A stretch of DNA of 64,000 bases, taken from Thermodesulfobacteriota bacterium. Lineage in GTDB: Bacteria > Desulfobacterota_D > UBA1144 > Nemesobacterales > JAJCZQ01. The DNA lies in NCBI GenBank assembly GCA_965203965.1, contig CBDBDR010000017.1:960001-1024000 (forward strand). The letters are read 5' to 3'. Each line of letters opens with the position of its first letter. Positions within the stretch are counted from its first letter, which is position 1. The notes beneath the pieces were generated by a model. It saw nothing but the letters and a program-made list of their open reading frames with translations, was not told where the DNA came from and did no database searches. This document shows positions 51,732 to 60,560 of the stretch, piece by piece. The translations under genes and the position numbers were made by a program.

Positions 51732-52628
51732 TCAAACCTCTCTCATACTGACCGAACCGAAAAACTCTCTCAATTCCTCAACCGTTCCTTCCGCATCCTC
51801 TTCGGGAATAAAATGCCCGCATGGCATCGCTCGTCCCGTGACCTTTGCCATTGTGTATCTCTCCCATACCTTCAAGGGATTAAACTTCCTTCCCACAACT
51901 CCCTTCTCACCCCATAAGACATGAAGCGGAATATCCATCGGTTTATGCCTGTCCGCCCTGTCATGTTCTAGGTCAATGGTTGCCGAAGCGCGGTAGTCCT
52001 CACATGAGGCGTGAATATGTTCGGGACAACTGAAAGAGTTCACATACATCTCTTCCATCTGGCCAAAATCAAAACCACCCGACCAGTTTTGCAGACACAT
52101 CCTTACCCATGCCCCGGGGTCGGTCGCTATCATCCGCTCTGGTACATCCGGGGGTTGGATCAGAAAAAACCAATGAAAATAGGCAGAGGCAAAATCCATG
52201 TCCGCTGCCTCATACATATCAAGTGTTGGACAGATATCAAGGACTGTCAGAGCCTTTACGTGGTCGCGGTGGTCTTTTGCCAGACGGTGTGCTACTCTAC
52301 CACCTCTGTCATGACCGGCTATGAAAAATTTCTCAAAACCTAAACTGTCCATCAATTGAACCATATCGTCCGCCATTGCACGTTTGGAATAGGAAAAATG
52401 GTCTGGTGTTGAAGGCGGAGCCATGCTGTCACCGTAACCTCTTAGGTCGGGGATTATAACGGTGAAATCCCGTGCAAGTTCGGGGGCGGTCTTGTGCCAC
52501 ATCAAGTGCGTCTGGGGATAGCCGTGGAGCAAAAGTAGAGGGAAACCATCACCCGCGGAAAGGCAGAGAATTTTTCCCTCATCAACGTTAACAAATTGCC
52601 GCTTAAAACCATCAAACATTTTTGCCAT
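51732..52628 (-). CDS. Fluoroacetate/haloacetate dehalogenase (alpha/beta hydrolase)
   Basis: HGYPQT, GHDRGGR, YFHWFF, CEDYRA, GHFIPEE. Start more likely ATG 52628 or 52619 than 52670. Confidence 0.8.
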   Translation of the reverse strand: MAKMFDGFKRQFVNVDEGKILCLSAGDGFPLLLLHGYPQTHLMWHKTAPELARDFTVIIPDLRGYGDSMAPPSTPDHFSYSKRAMADDMVQLMDSLGFEKFFIAGHDRGGRVAHRLAKDHRDHVKALTVLDICPTLDMYEAADMDFASAYFHWFFLIQPPDVPERMIATDPGAWVRMCLQNWSGGFDFGQMEEMYVNSFSCPEHIHASCEDYRASATIDLEHDRADRHKPMDIPLHVLWGEKGVVGRKFNPLKVWERYTMAKVTGRAMPCGHFIPEEDAEGTVEELREFFGSVSMREV

Positions 52629-52934
52629 CCTTGTCAATAATCCCGTGAAAGCGAGAATCCAGCCTCGCACTCCACTTTATTGGATATGGAAAACAATGCC
52701 TACAGAACACACTACCAAGCCCAATGCTGATGTTTGATACTGCTCAAAATTTTACACATTTTTTACTCATTGGACAATTTTCCATTTTGTCTTTCTTTTT
52801 GTTCAACGGATTAATAAGGCATTGCTAACCAAAGATTATCATCGCAGTAGAGTAAATTTTTGTTCACTAACTTGCATGAAATGCCCTTTTACGGACATTC
52901 TCTTGCTTGTATAGTGTATCATTTTCCATTCTTT

Positions 52935-53777
52935 ATGAATAAGGTCCGCAGTTACAGAAAATTTATCAAAATTGAGCATACACTTTTCTCTTTTCCCGTG
53001 GTGCTTGCCGGATCTTTTCTCGCATCCGAAGGTATTCCGCCATTGTATCTGCTTATGCTCATACTAATAGCCGCATCAGGTGCAAGAACTGCTGCAATGG
53101 GACTTAACAGGATAATTGACAGAAAGATCGACTACCTGAATCCGAGAACAAAAAACAGGGAACTGCCCAGTGGAAAAATATCTTTAAATGAAAGCTACAC
53201 GATTACAGGTTTTGGTCTGGGTTTTTATTTTGCAAGTTGTTTTCTTATCTGTGATCTAGTTTTTTACCTCTCTCCAATACCATTGGTCGTTTTTGTTACC
53301 TACCCGTATATGAAGCGATTTACCCCACTGTGTCATTTTGGTGTCGGACTTGCTCTGGCTTTCGCACCACTCGGTGGATGGATTGCTGTAACGTGTTCGC
53401 TAAATGGATTGGGACAGCCATTACTTCTCGCACTGTTCACTTTATTTTGGGTGTCAGGTTTTGACATTATCTATGCCACACTGGACGAGAAATTTGATCT
53501 TAAAAATAATATTTACTCAATAGTTTCAGCTTATGGAAAAGATAAAGCTCTTAAATTTTCAGCCGTTTGTCATGTCCTTGCATTTGTATGTTTAGTTGCG
53601 ATTTATTTAATGTATTTCGCTGGGATAATACCAGCAGTTACTTTGGTTATTACAGGTCTGCTTTTGCTCTTTGAACACAGAAAATCTTCAGATGTTGACT
53701 TGGCATTTTTTAAGATCAATATCCTTATTGGCACGTCTGTGTTCCTTTTTGTCTTGTGTGGTATATATTTAGGTTAA
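52935..53777 (+). CDS. mqnP: UbiA-family prenyltransferase of the futalosine pathway (MqnP-like)
   Basis: IKIEHTLF, NRIIDRKID..NPRT.NRELP.G, GFDIIYATLD; mqn context. Confidence 0.8.
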   Translation: MNKVRSYRKFIKIEHTLFSFPVVLAGSFLASEGIPPLYLLMLILIAASGARTAAMGLNRIIDRKIDYLNPRTKNRELPSGKISLNESYTITGFGLGFYFASCFLICDLVFYLSPIPLVVFVTYPYMKRFTPLCHFGVGLALAFAPLGGWIAVTCSLNGLGQPLLLALFTLFWVSGFDIIYATLDEKFDLKNNIYSIVSAYGKDKALKFSAVCHVLAFVCLVAIYLMYFAGIIPAVTLVITGLLLLFEHRKSSDVDLAFFKINILIGTSVFLFVLCGIYLG

Positions 53778-54329
53778 ATGAGAACGATTATTGGAATTAC
53801 AGGTGCTTCTGGAGTTACATACGGGGTGGATTTTGTGAGAAGATGCCCAGATGATAAATATCTGATTGCCAGCAAATGGGGTAAACACGTTCTCAATGAA
53901 GAACTTGAGTTGAAAGTTGACGAATTGAAACCCTGGGTCAACAAAATATATAGCGACTCTGATCTATCTTCACCTTTTTCATCCGGTAGCAATCATTTTG
54001 ATTCCTTAGTTATCGTTCCATGCACAATATCCACTCTTGCCAAGATAGCAAACGGTATTTCAGATACCCTGATAACAAGAATTGCTCAAGTTGCCCTCAA
54101 GGAAAAAAGACAACTTGTAATAGCCCTTAGGGAAACTCCTTTAAGTTCCATAGCCCTTGAAAACGCACTGAAGCTCTCGCGGGAAGGTGCAGTGATAATG
54201 CCAATAAGCTCACCACACTATTTGAAATCCGAGAAGGTAAGCGATTTAGTGGAAGCCTACGTTGACAAACTACTTGGCATTGTCGGAGTGCAAAACGGCA
54301 GCGGATGGAAAAGCGAGGAGCTTGATTGA
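53778..54329 (+). CDS. ubiX: Flavin prenyltransferase
   Basis: GITGASG, SSGS, PCT..TLAKIA.G, RETPL. Confidence 0.92.
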   Translation: MRTIIGITGASGVTYGVDFVRRCPDDKYLIASKWGKHVLNEELELKVDELKPWVNKIYSDSDLSSPFSSGSNHFDSLVIVPCTISTLAKIANGISDTLITRIAQVALKEKRQLVIALRETPLSSIALENALKLSREGAVIMPISSPHYLKSEKVSDLVEAYVDKLLGIVGVQNGSGWKSEELD

Positions 54330-54589
54330 CAAATAAGAAAGAGTCCAAGCCTCTTTATCTCATTGCTTAAATTTCTGAGTTGATAAAAGAGCATTTGCGA
54401 AAGATTGGGAGAAGCAGACCTTCCCGGGATAGATGCGCTCTTTGACCTGATCATTATATCTCCTCTCTTGCTGATCGGTGGCTTTCTTGTTCTTTGTTTA
54501 ATTCTTAACATCATCGGACTTATCTTTGGTATTGGTTAAATACCCTGTATTTCACTACCCCGTTTAACACTGCTCCATCATAGGAAGGG

Positions 54590-54641
54590 ACTACCCCGTC
54601 ATTGCCTGATGGCAATGCCACCCCTTCAGGGAAGGGGAATT
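54590..54641 (+). repeat. REP-like double-hairpin element, left copy
   Basis: ACTACCCCGTCA-hairpin-TGCCACCCCT-hairpin-GGGGAATT; inverted relative of 55622..55668; degenerate partial copy at 54554-54589. Confidence 0.7.
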
Positions 54642-54844
54642 TTAAAGAAAATATACCGCGTTAAACACTGTTAAAACGGCGTTTAAATCGTGTTTAATCA
54701 CTATTCTCTACCTCTTGGTGAACTCACTGTCTGAACGCTGAACTCCCCAGTTACACCACCGATCGTAACAGTTGCAATAACTATCCGGACAAACTGGCTT
54801 GCCGCCGTTACCCTGACCGCTACGGTCTTCCCACTGGCAAAGTA

Positions 54845-55351
54845 GTGTTGCCACACGCCAGCTTTGGCTTTAATCCCTACAAAGCTACTTACCAACCTGA
54901 TTTAAATAAATATAGCTATCCTACAGCGAGGCACTTTGCCACAAATATTGCTTCCAGCCCTAACGCCAAGTTGTTTTTTGAAGGCAGAATTGGAGGAAAA
55001 CTTACGACGGCAGTGGTAGACCCTGCCACCTCAAAAACAATAGGGGCAGAGAACAACACAGTGTGGATACACGCTGACAAAATGAGACATATAAGAAAGA
55101 AACACGAGGACATAACCTCAGCAGACCTTGCAAAAATTCAAGATATAGTTGAGAAAGGAGAAGTTATCACCAATCCCAAAGGTTTTTCTGACTTCCTTCT
55201 TTTTAAAAAAATTCAAAACAAAGAATACACCGTGCCTGTGAGCGTGGTAAAAAATGGTGTGAACGTAAATACGTTCTTTGAAGCGAATCTTGATTACAGA
55301 GAACACATAATTAAAATTGGGGGAAAAGTTATGAAGAAAGAGGAAAATTGA
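54845..55351 (+). CDS. C-terminal fragment of a phage MuF-like protein with a PBECR-like RNase domain
   Basis: P.xFGFNP..YQPDLNKY resembles the MuF C-terminal linker; RHIRKKH...L..I..G...VNTFF resembles PBECR nucleases. No good SD, so probably 5'-truncated. Confidence 0.5.
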   Translation: MLPHASFGFNPYKATYQPDLNKYSYPTARHFATNIASSPNAKLFFEGRIGGKLTTAVVDPATSKTIGAENNTVWIHADKMRHIRKKHEDITSADLAKIQDIVEKGEVITNPKGFSDFLLFKKIQNKEYTVPVSVVKNGVNVNTFFEANLDYREHIIKIGGKVMKKEEN

Positions 55352-55483
55352 GGGGTCGCCTGGTTCCCTCTGGGGTGAGCTGAGGACTCGCTTTTCCCTC
55401 TCTGCCTTCTTAGGGGCTACTTCTTCAGTCTCCAGGGTTTACCTAACCGTAACGGTGACCGAGATTTTGCTGCCCACCCTTTG
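55352..55483. ncRNA. Candidate structured RNA immediately after the PBECR-like ORF
   Basis: Nested stems GGUCGCC/GGUGACC, CUCUGGGG/CUCCAGGG, GCUGAGGA/UCUUCAGU; convergent promoter at 55490-55518. Confidence 0.5.
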
Positions 55484-55489
55484 AACAAA

Positions 55490-55518
55490 AACCTACTTAA
55501 TTTCAAGCAATTTGTCAA
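55490..55518 (-). promoter_or_regulatory. Sigma70-type promoter firing toward the PBECR-like ORF
   Basis: TTGACA-N17-TAGGTT on the minus strand, with no downstream ORF on that strand. Confidence 0.55.
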
Positions 55519-55621
55519 TTCCCCTCTTTAAGCACAACGCATTTGTCTTAAATGGAAATATAGCAAAAAATGCAATAAATACAGTGAGTTAGCAGTTGCA
55601 AATAAGAGTAGATGTTTAAAT

Positions 55622-55668
55622 AATTCCCCTCCTGTGGAGGGGTGGCAGGCAAAGCCTGACGGGGTGGT
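55622..55668 (-). repeat. REP-like double-hairpin element, right copy (inverted)
   Basis: Reverse complement ACCACCCCGTCA-GGCTTTGCC-TGCCACCCCT-CCACAGGA-GGGGAATT. Confidence 0.7.
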
Positions 55669-55669
55669 T

Positions 55670-55800
55670 AAAAAAAGGGGAATCCCTGACGCTCCCTTAT
55701 GTGTGCGAGGGGGACTCGGGTAACTCCCCTACATAACTTATTGGGCATCAGGCATGCACTCAGCAATCGCTCCGAGCAGTTTTTGCCGCAACACACTTGA
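55670..55800 (-). ncRNA. Candidate sRNA divergent from mqnL
   Basis: Hairpin GGCA..UGCUCGG/CUGAGUG..UGCC, then AGGGGAGU.../...AUUCCCCU plus U7 terminator; TTGACG-like -35 at 55830-55835. Confidence 0.35.
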
Positions 55801-55960
55801 TAACCTATATAACACAAGTGAGAGGTAGTCGTCAAGTAGTCTATTCACCACCCCATAGCAGAACTCACTGGTTGCAATAGGTCAGGATTTTACCATAAAA
55901 TAAAAATGACCCTAAAGTTGCTTATTATTATAATTGTTCTTATCTTTATAGTTTATTACC

Positions 55961-57736
55961 ATGTCTAATTCCAAACCCAATTTTTATGACCTGAGTGGAT
56001 ATATTGACCATCTGGAAAGGATAGGCGATGTCAGTAGGATCAAGGCTGAAGTCGATCCAGTGCTTGAAGTAACCGAAATTGCAGACAGAGTGATAAAGGA
56101 AAACGGACCTGCGTTAATCTTTGAGAACGTAAAAGGATCCAATTTCCCATTGGCAATGAACCTATTTGGCACAGAGGAAAGGGTGGAGTTGGCTTTGGGC
56201 AGAAAACCCGCTGATGTAGGTAATGAACTCGTTGAAATATTTCAGAAACTTAATCCACCTTCAATAAGAGCTTTTTTTTCAATACTTCCTAGCGCTTACA
56301 GCCTGATCAATATGCGTACTAAAACTGTTAAGTCGGGACTTGTGCAATACAATGAATTCAGTCCGGATCTGTCAAGACTCCCAGTAATCAAGTGCTGGCC
56401 CAAAGACGGGGGTAAGTTCATTACACTGGGTTTGGTGCTAACTCAAGATCCTGTATCAAAAAGAAGAAATCTGGGTATTTACAGGATGCAGATCTATGAT
56501 AAAGAAACCACCGGAATGCACTGGCATCCACACAAGGGTGGTGCCGCACACTATCATGAAGCAACAAAACTCAATAAAGACCTTGAAGTAGCCGTGGTGT
56601 TGGGTGGAGATCCTAAAATGATATTCAGTGCAATTGCCCCTCTGCCTGAAGGCATGGACGAACTTGCTTTTGCCAGCTTTCTCAGAAAAAAACCAATACC
56701 TATGGTCAAGGGAAAAACAATATCTCAAACCGTGCCCGCAAATGCGGACATAATAATTGAAGGAATTGTCCCGCAGAACATCGTAAGAGAAGAAGGTCCA
56801 TTTGGCGACCATTTTGGTCACTATTCAATGGAAGCAGATTTTCCCATATTGAAGGTAAAGACAATTACCCATAAACATAATGCAATATACCCAGCAACGG
56901 TTGTCGGCAAACCTCCCAAGGAAGATATATTCCTCGGCATCGCAGCGGGAGAGATGTTCTCTCCACTTATTAGAATCATACAACCTGAAGTAAAAGATAT
57001 GTGGGCTTATCCGGAAGCCGGTTTTCATAACCTACTTGCTGTATCAGTTGATGAACGTTTCCCGAAAAACGGGATAAAAGCCATGCTCGCGCTTTGGGGT
57101 ATAGGTCAACTACTTCTAACAAAGTGTATGATCACCGTCTCAAGTGACGTTGATCCAAGGGATTTCAATGCAGTGCTGAATGAGATAGGGGAAAATTTTG
57201 ACCCCAGAGAAGATTTTCTCCTTATTCCCTGGGCCCCGCTTGATACGCTGGATTTTACAAGTGGAAAACTCAACGTGGGAAGCAAAATGGGCATTAACGC
57301 TACCAGAAAAACCGGGGCAGGAAAGAAAAAATATGCCAAACGAGTTCCCAATCCGAAGGAAAAGCACGAAAATATACTGAACTACAGATTGTTGAACGGT
57401 GGTTTTTTGGTTTTGCAGGTTAGGGATAAACCGAAAGAAATGATTGAAAAGATATTTGAAACTCCTGGTTTTGACAATATCCGTATCATCGCCGTGGTAA
57501 GTGAGGACATTGATCTGAGCAATGATACGGATTTGATCTGGGGTATATTTACCCGTTTTGATCCCTACCTTGACGTTGTTTTTGAACACACTGAACTAAA
57601 AGGTTCGGCAGTGGTTTACAACGGTAGAATGGGAATAGATGCAACAATAAAAAAATGGTATCCTGAGGTGATTGAAATGTCTGAGGATATAAAAAATAAG
57701 GTGATCGAAAAGTGGAACAGCTATTGGAAAATGTAA
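55961..57736 (+). CDS. mqnL: UbiD-family menaquinone biosynthesis decarboxylase (MqnL-like)
   Basis: NLGIYRMQ, EGPFGDHFGHY, VVGKPPKED, duplicated C-terminal MGI(N/D)AT. Confidence 0.85.
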   Translation: MSNSKPNFYDLSGYIDHLERIGDVSRIKAEVDPVLEVTEIADRVIKENGPALIFENVKGSNFPLAMNLFGTEERVELALGRKPADVGNELVEIFQKLNPPSIRAFFSILPSAYSLINMRTKTVKSGLVQYNEFSPDLSRLPVIKCWPKDGGKFITLGLVLTQDPVSKRRNLGIYRMQIYDKETTGMHWHPHKGGAAHYHEATKLNKDLEVAVVLGGDPKMIFSAIAPLPEGMDELAFASFLRKKPIPMVKGKTISQTVPANADIIIEGIVPQNIVREEGPFGDHFGHYSMEADFPILKVKTITHKHNAIYPATVVGKPPKEDIFLGIAAGEMFSPLIRIIQPEVKDMWAYPEAGFHNLLAVSVDERFPKNGIKAMLALWGIGQLLLTKCMITVSSDVDPRDFNAVLNEIGENFDPREDFLLIPWAPLDTLDFTSGKLNVGSKMGINATRKTGAGKKKYAKRVPNPKEKHENILNYRLLNGGFLVLQVRDKPKEMIEKIFETPGFDNIRIIAVVSEDIDLSNDTDLIWGIFTRFDPYLDVVFEHTELKGSAVVYNGRMGIDATIKKWYPEVIEMSEDIKNKVIEKWNSYWKM

Positions 57737-58818
57737 AATACTTCTGCAACGACAAGTCCTTGATACCTATAATGGAAAAAGTGGAAAGCGGTGAACGTAT
57801 CAGTTTTGAAGACGGTATGAAAATAATGGAGTCCGACGATCTTGGCACAATTGGTATGATGGCAGATTACGTTAAAAGAAAAAGGACAGATGATAAAGTG
57901 TATTTTGTGGTCAACAGGCACGTTAATCCTTCAAACATTTGTGCTATATCCTGCCGTTTTTGTGCATTTGGCACTACCAAAAAGTCCGCGAATGCCTATG
58001 AGCTTTCACATGAACAGATACTTTCAATGCTGAATGATGAGATACGTGAAGTTCACATTGTCGGTGGACTTCATCCTGACTGGAAATTTGAACAATACCT
58101 TGATATTGTGAGACTCATAAAAAATGAATATCCCAAAACTCACATAAAAGCCTTTACCGCAGTTGAAATTGACTGGTTCACCGAAATCAGTGGTGCATCA
58201 ATAGAAGACGTGCTTATTAGTTTGAAAGAAAGTGGTATTGATGCCCTAACCGGTGGTGGGGCTGAAATTCTTCATCCTGATATCAGAAAGAAAATCTGTT
58301 CACCTAAAACTGTTGCTACCCGCTGGGAAGAAATTCACAAGGTCGCACACAGCCTTTCAATTCCCTCCAATGCAACTATTCTCTATGGTCACCTGGAAAA
58401 GCCGTTTCATGTCGTAGATCATCTGGAAAGACTTAGAAACATTGAAGATGAATCTCCGGGGTTTTTTGCGTTCATACCTGTTTTGTTCCAACCTGAAAAC
58501 ACGGGACTAAAAAACATCAAACCATTCCCTGCCTCTTACGATATGAAGATCCACGCACTTGCAAGACTCTACCTTGATAATTTTCCCCATATAAAAGCAT
58601 ACTGGATAACTCTGGGTGAAAAAGCCGCGCAGGTAGCTCTTCATTATGGAGCAAGTGACGCGGATGGAACAATTATGAGAGAAAAGATCATCCATGATGC
58701 TGGCGCCCCATCAGAAGTTGGACATAGCAGGGAGTTTATGATCAACTTAATAAAAAATTCCGGCTATACACCTGTTGAAAGAGATGCTCTCTATAATGAA
58801 GTGCAGGTTTATAGTTAG
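57712..58818 (+). CDS. mqnE: Aminodeoxyfutalosine synthase (radical SAM)
   Basis: CAISCRFC, EVHIVGGLHP, KAFTAVE, GGGAEI, HIKAYW, ERDALY. Confidence 0.9.
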   Translation: MEQLLENVKYFCNDKSLIPIMEKVESGERISFEDGMKIMESDDLGTIGMMADYVKRKRTDDKVYFVVNRHVNPSNICAISCRFCAFGTTKKSANAYELSHEQILSMLNDEIREVHIVGGLHPDWKFEQYLDIVRLIKNEYPKTHIKAFTAVEIDWFTEISGASIEDVLISLKESGIDALTGGGAEILHPDIRKKICSPKTVATRWEEIHKVAHSLSIPSNATILYGHLEKPFHVVDHLERLRNIEDESPGFFAFIPVLFQPENTGLKNIKPFPASYDMKIHALARLYLDNFPHIKAYWITLGEKAAQVALHYGASDADGTIMREKIIHDAGAPSEVGHSREFMINLIKNSGYTPVERDALYNEVQVYS

Positions 58819-58911
58819 TTGCAAGATCATACCTTATTATTGAAAGACGAAAATCAGACAAAAATGTCCAAGGTTTAACGAATGGATCAAGAAGTTGAAG
58901 GAAGTTGGTCA

Positions 58912-59367
58912 ATGAAAGGGACAAAACTTTTTTTAATTTTATTTTTTCTAGTGTTTGGAGTTGGCACTAACTCCTATGGGAAAACATGTAAATATGTAGA
59001 TAAGAATGGGAAAACTATATTTACAAATAAACACTGTCCAAATAATTCCAAAGCAGAAAAGCTAAAGAGCCATACTAAAAAGAATGCATCTAGGCCACAA
59101 AAAATGACCACAGATGATAAATATGATGTATTGAGTCAATGTGAACGGTACTATAAGGAATTGTTTGAATCAGAGATACAGTATAACCAGTTTGTGAAAG
59201 AAGATTTTGATATATGGAGTTGGAAAATGAAACTTGCAAATGATAGGTGGGAAAGGAAACTTGCATTAAATGAGTATAAATTGCAAATTTGTGTAAATTG
59301 CCAAAATTGTCGAAAGCAATGCCAAGTAGTTTATTCCAGTAACAAGAGTGTTTACAGCAATGCATAA
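58912..59367 (+). CDS. Secreted hypothetical protein with a DUF4124-like N-terminus
   Basis: Signal peptide MKGTKLFLILFFLVFGVG, then KYVDKNGKTIFTNKHCP; Cys-rich C-terminus. Confidence 0.6.
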   Translation: MKGTKLFLILFFLVFGVGTNSYGKTCKYVDKNGKTIFTNKHCPNNSKAEKLKSHTKKNASRPQKMTTDDKYDVLSQCERYYKELFESEIQYNQFVKEDFDIWSWKMKLANDRWERKLALNEYKLQICVNCQNCRKQCQVVYSSNKSVYSNA

Positions 59368-59410
59368 TTAGTTGGAAGATATGCCCATAGTATCCGTATA
59401 GTGTTACCCA

Positions 59411-60538
59411 ATGACAAATAAAAACCATCTAATAATTGATTCAAGCGAAAGTAACTCTGACCTCTACTACAAGACAAGATTCTTTGTGCCAGATCCTGTT
59501 ACTTTTATAGACAGTAAAGGAAAAATCACTCTTGTTCTAAGTGACCTTGAATATGAGAGAGGAAAATCACGATCGGATGCAGATGAGGTCATTTCTTACT
59601 CCTCCTGTGTTGATGAGTTGAGAAAAAAGAAAATCAAAAAAATTAACTACATTGATATTGTTGAATTGGTTTTAAAGCAAAAGAGGATTAAAAATCTTAT
59701 TGTTCAAAAAGAGTTTCCCTTGCATTATGCCGATGAGTTAAGAAAACGGGGATACAAAATAAAGTCAATCAATAGTCATAGCCTCTATCCGGAAAGGTTA
59801 GTGAAATCTCAACAAGAATTGAAAATTCTTAAAAATTCAATCAAAAAAACCGTAGAGGCAATGGATTTGGCAATTTCAACAATATCACGTTCTGTCATTA
59901 AAAATAACAGGCTCTATTTTCAAAAAAGTGTCCTAACATCAGAAAAAGTTAAAGGTTTAATTGACAGTTACTTGGCGCAAAATGGTTTCACTTCAACTCA
60001 TACAATTGTTGCATGCGGCAAGCATTCATGGATGCCTCATAACACTGGACATGGTCAACTATACGCTAATAAGCCAATAATTATTGATATATTTCCAAAG
60101 TCCCAATCCACAGGCTACTTTGGTGATATGACAAGAACTATCGTCAAAGGAAATCCCCCTGAAAAACTGGTAGAGATGTATAATACCGTGCTTGAGGGAC
60201 AGAAACTCGCAATAAGTATGATCAAAAGCGGGATAAAAAGCAGAAATATTCATTCTAAAATATTAAGACTTTTTGAAAGCAAAGGTTTTAAGACGGAAAG
60301 TATAGATAATAAACCGCAGGGATTTATCCACTCAACGGGTCATGGACTTGGACTTGACATACATGAACCTCCAAGAATTGGCTTATGTAACGATATACTG
60401 AAAGAAGGGAACGTTGTAACGGTGGAACCGGGTCTATATTATGAAAAACTTGGCGGGATAAGAATTGAAGACGTGGTTTACGTTACAGGTAAAGGATGTG
60501 AGAATCTAACTAAATACAAAAAGAATTTTGTAGTTTAA
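59411..60538 (+). CDS. Xaa-Pro aminopeptidase (M24B)
   Basis: PH, DMTRT, HSTGHGLGLDIHE, TVEPGLY, GIRIED. Confidence 0.93.
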   Translation: MTNKNHLIIDSSESNSDLYYKTRFFVPDPVTFIDSKGKITLVLSDLEYERGKSRSDADEVISYSSCVDELRKKKIKKINYIDIVELVLKQKRIKNLIVQKEFPLHYADELRKRGYKIKSINSHSLYPERLVKSQQELKILKNSIKKTVEAMDLAISTISRSVIKNNRLYFQKSVLTSEKVKGLIDSYLAQNGFTSTHTIVACGKHSWMPHNTGHGQLYANKPIIIDIFPKSQSTGYFGDMTRTIVKGNPPEKLVEMYNTVLEGQKLAISMIKSGIKSRNIHSKILRLFESKGFKTESIDNKPQGFIHSTGHGLGLDIHEPPRIGLCNDILKEGNVVTVEPGLYYEKLGGIRIEDVVYVTGKGCENLTKYKKNFVV

Positions 60539-60560
60539 TTGTCCATAAACTCAAACAATT

